Shown: positions 13,841 to 25,600 of the stretch, piece after piece | How the letters are laid out: each line of letters begins with the position of its first letter | How positions within the stretch are numbered: position 1 is the stretch's first letter | Source of the DNA: Podarcis bocagei | Lineage: Eukaryota | DNA: 64,000 bases | Assembly (NCBI GenBank): GCA_964188305.1 | Contig: OZ076888.1 | Reading direction: 5' to 3' (one strand) | Program-made: the position numbers and the translations under genes | The notes under the pieces: model-generated | Told to the model about the DNA's origin: nothing | Database searches by the model: none | What the model saw: only the letters and a program-made list of their open reading frames with translations

Positions 13841-16102
13841 TGCCATCTGTGAAGTGGGATATATGGCAGCTCTACTCACTAGTGATATTCACAGCTCCAA
13901 TCACCTATTGCTTTGGTGCCATTTCCCTACCCCCTGCCCAGCCGTCTTCTTCATTTTAGTAACAGCAGTGTTCCCACACAGCCCATAAGATATGACTATG
14001 GGTTGAGGTCACAAAGTTACATCAGAGAGAAGGCAATGTCTACTCAGGAAGCATTGCATTGTACCTCACTCTACATTAGCTTTGTTCACTCTCAGAAACA
14101 TCAAAGTACTGCCAAATCTGATTTGCTATGTGATGGTGTTACCGTTCTTAATAAGAAGGCATTTATAAAGAAAAAAATGGTGCTAAGGACAAACAGGATT
14201 CACAGTGAAGTGCTGCCTTTATGCCAAGTATGCAAAAGCAGGTTGGCTAACTGAATGCATACGGTGGTGAGCAGGCTGTCTAATTATACGCCAGCAAGAC
14301 CTTCTTTCTAGTGCCACCAAGGGAATGGCAAAAAGTGTCCCTTGGATAGCCAAAAGGGGTGTGCGTTTGTTGTGTGGTGGGTAACATTTAATGAAAAGCA
14401 CCTATAATTCCAGCTAATCCCTCCGTTTCCCATTAAACAAAAAACATATATCCCATGTACCCCACCACCACAGAAAAGTTGCTTAAATGCCTATACTATA
14501 AAGTTAAGGAAGAATATTTTCCTGAGCTTTTTAATTTGCTTCCTGAGCCAATGTGTTCCCTAATGCCTAAATTATCAGCTGAGTCACTATGACTGGGCAA
14601 AACGGAACAGGTCACAGCATTTAAAATATAGTCTGATATGACAGACCATGCATTAACATAAACCTTATTAGACTAGTTAGTACATGTGTGACCGAGGAGA
14701 AATCTCTCTAGCTATGAATTAAAGCTTCTTTTCCCAGTGATATGCATAATTGTTTTCTCCAACAAGGAAGAGCAGACCTGGCTCACAAGCTTAGAACGAA
14801 TGATCTTTTAAAAAACAATTATTTGGGTAAGTCTAAGAAACTCTAATTAAGCTATTAGAAATCCTACAGAGAAAGCAAAACAATAACCTTACTTAACAGC
14901 TGCTTACAACAGTAGCTGCCAGTTCCAATTATTAGAAAAATATTGTGTGTAGTTTTTAAAAAAAACACACACAGGTTGCAGTTCTAACGTTTTTAATTAA
15001 GATTTTATTGTCTATTAACATGAATGAGTTATGAGAGAGGTTGAAGAAACTGTTTGGCTTCAAGAGAATTGGTAGCTAAACAAATTTATGTAGGCCGCTC
15101 AGTTTTAACTTAAACTGAATCATTACTTTTATCATTCACTAGGCTTTGTTTTCTATCAGTTCAAGCACTCCTGAGAAATAAATCCTCCATACTTAGAATG
15201 AATTTTGAGATTACAATTTGAACCAACCCTTCAAATTGTGCCATATGTACAGAGTATATGAAATATAAATAAATGAGAAGCTGTCAGTTTTGTCATTTTA
15301 ATCTGGAAGATGCAACAGATTCATTTTATGATTTTCATTCAATTGTTCGTTGTATATGAAAAATAAGATGTGCTTTAGTTTGCTGGGTACCTATAGTGAC
15401 AGATTGCATGCATTTGTATCTTTGTATATTAGGCGGTGAACTGTTGATTTTTAATGTAAAGGCACCAGGTGGTGGTAACTGAAGTCTTTTGTTCAGATTG
15501 CTCTTTATAGAAAATCTATTAGGAGGGGCCTAGAGCGGAAGAAACGCTGTGTGTGAAGAACAATGTAGAAGTTTCCCATAGTATTTTAGATGGAGAAGGA
15601 CAAGGAAATAATGACCTTTACAAAACAAAAATATTTCCAGCCTATGCTTTATTGCAGCAGTCTTTCTTTCTTTTTTTAGCACCTTTAACGCCAATCTGCA
15701 TCACAGAACCCCTTTCTGCACTGTCTATTTCTTTGCTTCTCTCTCTTTCTCACCAGAAAAAGAGTGCTGGTGTGATCAACATGCTAAAGAAGGAATGTGG
15801 TGGGCTGGACAGGGCTCAGAGCATTTTTGGGTCCCAACCAGTGGCAAATCCTTGTGCACAGTGCACTAAAGAGGGGGAAATTCAGACAGCTACCAACTTG
15901 CAGGGGACAGAGAGCAGCTGGTAAAGATTCAGGATTTTTAAGGCTTTGAGGTTCTGGTACTAGTAAGCTGGTGCAAGAATACAAAAGGGGTTCACTCCTT
16001 GACCAAGCCTATGGTGGAAGCCAAGGGACAGACCTTAGAACTACATGGTTGTTTAGTGAAGAAAACTGGAGGGGTAGCATAGTAAGGCTGCATCCATCTT
16101 AC

Positions 16103-16722
16103 TGTAGCCTTATGAGACTTTGCCCGCGGGTGGGAAAAATATTGTGCCCGGGAAAGGGAGATGGGAGTCAACATACACTCAAGGAATAGTTTCGGAGAAA
16201 AAGCTTTATTTCTACCATCCATGAACTGGTAGAAGGAGCAAGTGTGATAGTTCACAAACAAGCACGAGTTCACAGTCATTTGCACAGAGCATATATTCCC
16301 TTTCTAGTTCCCTCCCCTTTCTCCTCCTCCTCTGAAGTCCTGCCTCGAGTTTCCCTGAGCATGAACAGAAAGCTGCTGTCTTGGGACTCTTTTGGACTCT
16401 TCCCAGGAAAGGGGGTGAGAAGCTGGGGGGGGGGGAGCCTTGTGGTTCAGCATGTCCAAGATGTTGCAACTGAATGAGATAAAAGTCAGTTCTCAGGCCT
16501 GCCCTGAACAGAGCCTATTCATTAGCTTTTTGAAGCCTTCTTGTACTGATAAAAGTAACGGTTTTGCTTATGCGGCAGCATCTTGTGAGAATCCACAGAA
16601 AAGCTGTAGCTGTGGATTTTTAGAAGACAAAAGGAATTTTGGACAGTTTTGAGGCCTGAGGTGATTATTGAGGGGTGTGTGACTTCGGGCCTAGGTGGGG
16701 TCACCTGTCCTCACCTCCTTCA
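16103..16722 (-). mobile_element. Solo LTR (620 bp)
   Basis: TG...CA termini, 4-bp target-site duplication (TSD) TTAC at 16099-16102 and 16723-16726, minus-strand AATAAA at 16205-16210 about 100 bp from the end. Confidence 0.6.
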
Positions 16723-17645
16723 TTACCATCCAAAATGACCACAATAAATCAGTGAATTTCACTTCTGAGAAACATTGTAAAGTCTAATAATATAACTGTG
16801 TTAGGTTATTTCCTAACCTTCTTAGGTTTTAAATATCAGTCATTTGACATGACTAGTATAATCACAAATATCCTAATTACTGGCACATTAAAATATTTTG
16901 TTTGGAATTTCACTAGAGATCTCCCCTGCCCTCCCCATCTGCTTCAAGTCAAGATACATAATACTCAGAGCCCGTCAAATTAATTTGGCACCTGAGGTGG
17001 GAAAATCCCACAAGTGCATGTTCCTCCCCCGTGACAGTAAAAAATACCAAAATTAAGTAAGTAACTATCAATTTGCTGCCCTTTCATGATGTCCAAAATC
17101 AGCTGCTTCACTCCACCTAACAGTAGGCCCAGCCCTGCCCAGGGCAGCAAAGAAAGAGTATCTTCTGCTGTGCACAGCATTGTGGACACTCCATTTACAC
17201 TTCTACACAAACACACCAAGATGCATATGAGCTTTGGGGTCAAATATTAAGTCATTACTAAGTGGGAAACCATGGCAGTAAGAATTGTAAGGAAGGCTCT
17301 TATGAAATTATGGTTGTGACAGCGGGTCAACACATTTTAAGATTTAAAAGTTCTAAGCAGGTGATAGTTGTTAAAAATTGTATCAAGTCTGTTGCCTATA
17401 AATATCTACTATTCATATGTCCCACACAATTTCTGTGGTCAGCTGAGGTTGGCCACTTGATAGCACTCTCCATGTGTCACATGCAAATGTAAAAGTTATT
17501 TAGAAAGTCACTCTTGCTTGCCACACCCTGGTTAAGGAACTTCCTTCCCCTGCCTATCAGGAATTCTCAATTGGGTAGTTATTTAGGGGCTGGGGATAAT
17601 ATAAGTTTGTATATAGTCTGTGAATGTACATTTAAGAGTCTAGAG

Positions 17646-17967
17646 CATGGGTAGGCAAACTAAGGCCCGGGGTCCGGATCCGGCCCAATCGCCTTCTAAA
17701 TCCGGCCCGCGGGCGGTCCGGGAATCAGCATGTTTTTACATGAGTAGAATGTGTCCTTTTATTTAACATGCATCTCTGGGTTATTTGTGGGGCCTGCCTG
17801 GTGTTTTTACATGAGCGGAATGTGTGCTTTTATTTAAAATGCATCTCTGGGTTATTTGTGGGGCATAGGAATTCGTTCATTCCCCTCCAAAAAAAAATAG
17901 TCCGGCCCCCCACAAGGTCTGAGGGACAGTGGACTGGCCCCCTGCTGAAAAAGTTTGCTGACCCCTG
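17646..17967. mobile_element. hAT (Charlie-type) MITE
   Basis: TIR-like ends catgggtaggcaaact / agtttgctgacccctg; perfect 8-bp TSD GTCTAGAG; internal duplication of about 60 bp. Confidence 0.9.
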
Positions 17968-20177
17968 GTCTAGAGCATATCATATGACACATTTTCATAT
18001 TTGGGTGAAGATAAACATATATTCTAAAGTATGCTGGAACATGCGCTCACTGCATTTCAAGGTTCTTATTGACATTCATTTGTGCACAAATGAACACGGA
18101 ATGCATGTTTGAGGGTAAACCTCTTGGCTGGCCTTCACTCTTTTAAAGGTAACATTTGCATGGGGTCTACCTGCACATACCTGAACGCATGAATGCATAC
18201 ACCTCTATGAGTGAACTGATACCCTGGAAAATGGAGATTCAGAGGTCTAGGCACATTCACTTGTTCAGAAATGAATGCCAGAAAAAGGATTCAAAATATT
18301 TATTTTTAGGGCACATCATATGTTGTTTGCTTTTAGGTCACGGAAATGTAGATTTTGACCTACATAAACAATTAAGTAAATTCCTTATACAGTATGCAGA
18401 ACTACTATCATGATTTATTTTAAAATGCTGGGGAGTAGGTGGATTTTGGGAATCCTTCCTATGCTGAGAGGAACTACAAGAAAGCACTTTCTTTGATCCA
18501 CAAATAGATAACCTGGCCTTACAGTTCAGACATCATAGCCTCTATGAAACTTCATAGTGTTGTGCGCATGAAACACCTGACCATTAGCAACTGCCTTAGG
18601 AGAGGTACAGCTAGTACCACCAAGCTTGCAGATAGAATGTAGAAGGTATCATCACTCACCAGTTCTTCGCTGTTCAGGATGAAATGAGGAACACGATGTT
18701 GGCTGGCTAATGTGCTGACCTGGCTGGCTTTGGAAACACAAATAGGTACAAACAGGGAACAGCATTTCATTATTTTGATCACAACCTATGGCTTCATTCA
18801 CTACTCCATTCTCTCACAAGAATGAGTGGCCAGTTATTTAAAATATGTAGATCTGCCTCCTGGGCCATAACTTATATTCACATGGGTGAAAAGGTCTCTT
18901 TTCTTTACTTCCAGGATTTTTTTTTTAATATCAAACTGGTTTTCTGGGGAATGTTCTATTGACTTCTATTACAGTAGGAAAAGTATCCCAGGGAAGCTTA
19001 AGAATATTATGGTTCATGGAAGGGGTTAAAGGGGTTAAAATTATTTCCATAATGAGCAGCTTTATTATGGTTGATATTTTTTTAATGGGGTTAAAGGATG
19101 CTTTTGGGAAACCTCTTCCTTCATCCCAGGAAGTTAAACATGGGAAGTCCTGTGACACTATCCCTGCTTTCCTTACATTGTTTTGGAACTGTTGCGTGTG
19201 GACAGTGGCCCTAATTTCGGTAATTTGTTCACTGTTCAACCATCCAAGCAGTTGTGCTGCTTATTGTCCTCCTTGCCTCCTTAAACAAATATTCTATAGG
19301 TTTCTTTCCCTCCTGCAGTTTCAGTATTTCTTCTTCTAGTCACATCCACAAAACATGTGACAACACATTAACATTCATTCTATGTCTCCCTGCCCCCACG
19401 GTCCCCATTTCCCTCACTTGCAACTATTTCTGCACCATTACAGCACTCTATTCCCAAGTGAATATTGTGGCTTCTCAGAAATATTCTGTGAGGGGAGAGG
19501 GAAACATCAGGGAAAATTCACTCTGGGAGCACAGGAAGAACAGGTTGTACATCCAATTTTTACTATCAACCCATTAAATTAAACTGAAGAGACTGGTTAC
19601 ATTTAAATAAATGTGCATTTACCTAAACCTCTAGTTACCGTAGGTACTTTTTTGAGATACTGAAGGAGGTGTGTAAGGTAACTTCCAAGTTGATAAATGG
19701 CTACCGCTCATTGTTAGAAGAAAAAGAGAGAGCCCAGCTTCATATTTCTCCCTTATTGTACAGTAGTCACACATCAAAACCATAATATTTCTAAACAAAT
19801 TGACAGTTCTGGACATACCTTTTCTAACTATTACTTTAGTTGTAAAGCTTGCTGTCCTAAGTTTTAAGGATAATCTCCTTCTATTCAATCCTTTTTCATG
19901 TGGTAAAGGCCCTTGAGGCAACTAGGCTTTGAACAAGCACCCTCAACTCCATTACAAAAACATGTGAGAATATAAAACCTACCCCTTTCTTTTAAAATTA
20001 AAACTGCCTTCATCCCACTGCTCACCCCACCAATTCTCAAGTAGTAAACAACTCTTCTTTTTCCCTGGTGCTCTCACTGTAATATTCTCCCTACCTCCAT
20101 CCCAGAACACTTGCACGCAATGGATCACATTTAAATAATCCATTGTGGAAATTTGAATAGAAGCCAGCTCAGCTCAC

Positions 20178-20290
20178 CGTGAGGGAAGTGGCGTGACCTG
20201 CTTGTGTGTGAGCGAGTCCCAGGTCTTTCCTCTCCAGCGCCTCTTTCGTCTCCCCACTGAAGGCTACTTGCTTCCCTGCATGCAGTCTTG
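20178..20290 (-). other. Putative distal 5' exon on the minus strand
   Basis: Donor ACG|gtgagc at 20178 in a locally CpG-retaining, non-repetitive patch; upper boundary is a guess. Confidence 0.25.
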
Positions 20291-20944
20291 ACAAAGTAGT
20301 AAGAAGGCTAATTTTAGGGTACTTCATCATAGTGCCATGCAAAGACATGGTGTCATTTCAAAATCAGCAGCATGTGGCACTGCTTTGAGCTCCCCCCCCC
20401 CTTTCCTGAATTGTGGTCTCACTTTGATCTACAGTAGGGCAGCACTTGGTACTTCGTGGCAATGCACATTAAGGTACTAAAGGAAATTTCTCAGGAGTAA
20501 GTTGCCAGACTGTGGAATTCCCTCTTCCAGCCTCTACTTTATTGGGCTTCTGCTGCCAGATCAAAACAAGAACTTTAGACAACAGAGGGTGCTAAAATTA
20601 TGATATTTGTGAAGGGAAGCAAAAGGAGATTGATATGTATCCAGTGTAGGGACTGAAGGGGGACATCTGTCCCCAGTATTTGTGAATTGTTTCCTGGCTT
20701 TGCTAATTTATTTATTTAGTAGACTTCTAAACTACCTGCCATTTGAAAAGTTCTCAGGGCAGTTCACAGGTCAGTTACTAAAAGCACAATTAAATACAAA
20801 ATAAACATCAAACCAACAATTTAAAAGAGTGCAAGCAGATATTCAAGTACTGTATGGAGAAAACACAGAAGCAGACTTAAAACTCTCTGTAATCCAAGAC
20901 CTCAGACATCTAAACAGAGAAGAGATGTGTTCTCCATTAACAGT

Positions 20945-21073
20945 GCAGTCCCACATGACCTGGAAAGCTGTCTGTGGACAACTGCTGGCTCCCTTGGCCT
21001 GAAGAGAGATGAGCGCATCACCACACATCTTTGACAGGACTTAACCATCCAGGGGTCCTTTACCTTTACCTTT
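20945..21073 (+). mobile_element. Sauria SINE (Squam1) 3' fragment
   Basis: Matches the 3' half of the 61350 copy and has an (ACCTTT)n tail. Confidence 0.75.
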
Positions 21074-24000
21074 TAGTCTGTTCAGTTCAATGGGGATTGC
21101 TCCCAAGAAAGTGTGCACAGGACTGACCCTGGCCTGAGCACTCACATTTGTTGGCTAAAACTTGCATCCAGAACATCTATGTGCTGCCACCTCTCTCCTT
21201 AAGACCTGTATCTAAACCCACAATTGCAGCTTAACCTTTGCAAGCAGAAACTAAGGTTAAGTATTGCACTGATGCATATTCTTCTCTTGTAATTCGCACC
21301 TCTGTCTTTTCATACCAAGTGGGCCACAAGAGTACTTCGACACAGAACCTGCAGACTGCACACTGATTTGTCACACTGCTGGGTGTGATAGTCCCTCACC
21401 CCTCCTTCCCAAAGCCCAATGCCTCACCTACACCAAGCTGGCCAAAAAAAACTATAACACTATTCATGTGTTCTAATCTCGTAACAAGATGAAGAGAGAA
21501 CAGGAAACAGCATAGGACTCTGCCTGCCATTGCAGCTCTGTATAATACACCCTGCACTGTTCAGGGCCCCTCAGTCCTATGAACAAGGTTTTAGAAGTAC
21601 ATGGGGCTATAGGGGTAAGGAGGGGGAGAGAAACATTGGCTGGGTAAGCTGCCTTCCACTTGGGCAACCATCAGATAGTGATACACACTAACATCAACAC
21701 CACCTGCATAAGTACAACTGCAGCAATATTTTAAGGGAAATTTCTTTAGCTAAGAGGGCTTGACAATTATTCATTATGTATGAACTGGCTTTTACATTGT
21801 AGTGCAGACAATTCAATAACTGATAGTACTGATAACTAAAGACTAGTACCCAGTAGAATGTAAAGATGTTAGCCCTTGCAGACTTGCAACAGATTATCAA
21901 ATCTCTTTACTAATTATGAAAAGAAGGCTTAAATACAAAAATATCTAAGTATTCTTTAATAGTCAAGTATCACTTCTTGTCTACATTGCCACTTGTTTCC
22001 ATAGGTCCTGATGGTAATTATGCTGTTGCTTTGTAGCATAAGAGTCTGGTTCCCTCTGCCTGCAGGCAAAGACATTGCTACTTGAACAGATCGATATAAT
22101 CACAACACAGAGAAATGTACTGAGTTCTTTTTATTCAGATGTGCTGCCACTGATTGTGATTCAAATGAGCAGAATTAAAAAAAACCAAGCGTTCACACTC
22201 ACCAGTATGGGAGGTAATAGGTAGGAACCAACTATTCCCCCAAGCAGTGGCATCCTAGCCTTACAATTTGATCATTAGCTGCTAGACTTGTGAGAACTGA
22301 GAATCTTTTGAGACAACCATTACTTTCCTCTACTAATTAATAACATTCCCTGTCACTTCTTTCATGTTTAAAAAATAAAAATGGATCCTCCAAACTCTAA
22401 ATAATTTCTGTGAACTGCAGCATGCTACTATGCTGTTCTGGCACTTTAAAGACAGTCACCAAAAAATGAGTAAAGTTACTGTTACTGCTTATTTCAAAGT
22501 GCTTTTCTGTTATGTTTTGTGTTCTGAAGATTTATGTGGATGTAATCTACCTGTATGTATTACAGCTGTCCAATTAATTTTTAAACATGTAACACATCTA
22601 ATGTCCACTGTACATACTGTTATGAAGATTTTATGCCTCACAATTCTCTGCTGAGCAGTGTGCAAGATTCCAGGGGGTTCCAGGTACTCAAGGTCTTGTT
22701 CCCACTGAGAAGCAAGGCGCAGCAGAGGCTTTAGCATCTTTTAGAAATATGCTTTAATTACACATATTTACACCTGTTGAGATGAAGGGTGTGCAGATCT
22801 TACAGCATTGTCATTTCAAGAGCAGCTTGTTCTTCAAAGCAGCCCAACATTGCAGACAGAGCAACCCTAAGCACCATCCCTTTGTTCCTGCTTCCCAGCC
22901 AGCTCCAAGATGGTTCTGACCTCCAGCCGCCTCACATAGGGTTCTACCTACTTCCTTTATTCTTTCCGGAAAATCCCTTGCCCAGGAATTCCGCCCCTTT
23001 TCTGTTCAGGGAAACCATTCTTCCATGTGGCCCCTGCTTCTTCAAAGCTCTCATTTCAAAACCAGCACAATTTTGTTTCACATCAAACCCCCTCCCAGAC
23101 AGGTTGGCAACCTCTGTCTGCCCAGGCCTAAGGATTCCTCTTTGATGGCCCATCAACACCTTTTGTCATGTTAACTCCTCTTTCCCAGGTGAAGCCCTGG
23201 CTTGGAAAGGAAGTAATAGCTTGCATTTTTCCACTGGCCTGGAATCTTACTCCAAATAGTACCTAGATTCTGACTTCCATTAATTTCTTGGGTCCCCTCC
23301 CCACAAAAAAAAAACACCCTTATAACATTATGAAAGTTTGAATAGGCAGCACAGAATTTACAACCTGATTCTAAATCCCACTTCCCCAAATAATGAGAAG
23401 TTCCAGGGGCAGTGCTAACTGCTTTTGTTTTGCTTTGGTGAGCACTGGAAACTGAGGATAATTTTGTAATATGTGCTTTGAAGGCAAAGAACATACATTT
23501 CTAACCAGGCAACAGATCTGCTACCTTACATGAGATTCCTTAAGAGATGCACCTTGCACCCCAAGATGCTTGTAGCTTTCAGGTCAATTTTCTCTCTTCA
23601 CCCTCTGGTTGAAAACCTGCTTCTTTTGCTCCTTCACATATATTTCTTAATCTAGCATTTGCTAGAAATGAAATGTGTCACCTTCACAGTTCTGATCTCT
23701 AATTATTTCCTGACCATTTTCTCCTATTGAGGAAACACTTTATCAACTATCCTGGCATGCAGTCTGCCTAACAAAGGAATGCCGCCTATAATGTGGAGGT
23801 TAATTAGACTGAGTTACAAAAGGAAAACAGGTAATTTGGTTTAGTTTTTTTAAAAGCAAGTTTTGAATTATTAAGGACCAAGCACAGCAGAAAGCTAGAG
23901 AAAAAATCCTTAATAAAGAGCCTTGCATCACATTCAAACTTCCTACAATTATACCAACAGAAATAGGTATATTAAGTGTCTTAGGCTGCAATCGTGAGCT

Positions 24001-24859
24001 TTCTTATTATTGCTTTACTCATAGTTTAACCATTTAGTGTCAATTTAGCACTTTTCACTGCTTGATTTGAAACGTGTCTCCAATTAACCAGTGAATTAAA
24101 AAAATGTTAACTACTTTCCATACAAGTAATTGCCAAAACCACAGATGGCAGGCAGCATGTTAGAACAGACCTTCCCTTTTCCTTCTCACGGGAGGAAACT
24201 TCTCTCCTACTGCTGGTGGTGCCTGCTGTGACATGTGTGTGCGCATCATAGGAAAACAAAGAAACAAAAGAAGTCCATGGGCGCTATTCTTCAGAACTAT
24301 TCCATCTAGTCGTATGCAAATCTGTGGGAATCAATTACTGTCACAAAATTGTTTTTACGATGCCTTTAAGCCGTATTATAGGGCATCCCTCAGCAAATAT
24401 ATTTGGGCGTTTTACAGTATTAACATAATAGTAGGCAGAAAAGGCAAGTCCCTGCACTGCCCTAAGACCATAGGAGGCAACTCCTAGGGGCTGAGGTCAC
24501 TTCGGCCCCCCAATAAAAAAATTGAGGCCTCCCTCCCCCCAAATTAATGGGCATTGCCATTCACACGGTGTTCACCCACTCCGTCTTGTGATCGATTATG
24601 CGGGGCTGGGCTTACCTCCCCCCCCCCCAATATTTTATAAAAGGCGGCATCCTTTGCCTAGGAGCCTTGCAGTCTAAAATAGCCCTGGGCCCTGATCCTA
24701 ATTTACTCAGAAGTAGGTGGGGGACTTACTCCACAGTGAAGTGGATCCCACTGAGTAACTTAAAAAGTGTGTGGAGACGTGAAAGGCCTTGCTACCATTT
24801 CCCTCAGCTTCTAGAGAGCGAGGCAGGGGGTAGATAATAAGCAACCCCATCTCTCCCCC

Positions 24860-25600
24860 CTCAGCGAAAGCAACACGAGGGGGAAAGTTCCCCCGGGCCC
24901 TTGAGCCTGAGCGTGCTTCCCGCCTGCCTCGGCTGCTCGACGCAGGCGGGCCCGGCGCTTGCGCACTGCGAGGGAGAGCGAGCAAGGCGAGCCGGCGCTG
25001 CTGGGCCTGTTTTCTCGGCGCGCCCGCCCGCCTGCTCTCCCGCTTCAGCGCTGCCGCACTCCGGGGCCCGCCTGGGGTGGAATCATCGGGCCGAGTCAGC
25101 CCGGCAGCTTCCTCCGTCGGAGGAGAGAAGCGGGGGCGGACGCTGTCGCGCAGGAGGCTGCCGCGAGTCGGGCGGGGCGGCCTTGCTCTGTGTGTGTTTT
25201 CCCGAGGGGGTCCACGCTGTGTTCGGGGGTGGAGAAGCGGAGGAGAAAGCGGGCTTTCTGGGCTGGTAAGGTGGCCGGCGGGAGAGCGCGGACCTCGGGG
25301 TGGAGCGCGGGGCCTGGAAGAGGGGAAGGGGAGGGTCAGCGGAGCCCTGCTACCTGCGGGAGAGAGTTGGGGCTCTCCGGGGCCTCGGTCGGGGTGGGGG
25401 GTCGGGGGCTTCTCTTCAGCCTCCTCGTGACTCACGAAGAGGCGGCGGTGGGCGGAGGGGCAGCGCCGCCAGGAACGAGCCTTTTGGGGTCTGGTGGGGT
25501 TTGACAGCTGCCACTCGCCCCTCTTCCCGAGGGGTGCGTGAGGAAAAAGTGGGGCGCTCCACATGCAGCGCTGCCGAAACCTCCGGGGGGAACGAACCCT
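24860..25600 (+). promoter_or_regulatory. CpG island: HERC4 promoter and non-coding first exon ending about 25265
   Basis: Abrupt GC/CpG-rich tract, GC boxes (gggcggggcgg about 25170), strong donor ctg|gtaagg at 25265/25266. A possible second UTR exon at 25639-25738 has weak support. Confidence 0.85.

Noticed and set aside
18950-19240. Overlapping ORFs and repeated ggggttaaa motifs
   Set aside because: No splice or homology support and no clear TIR pair; left unassigned.
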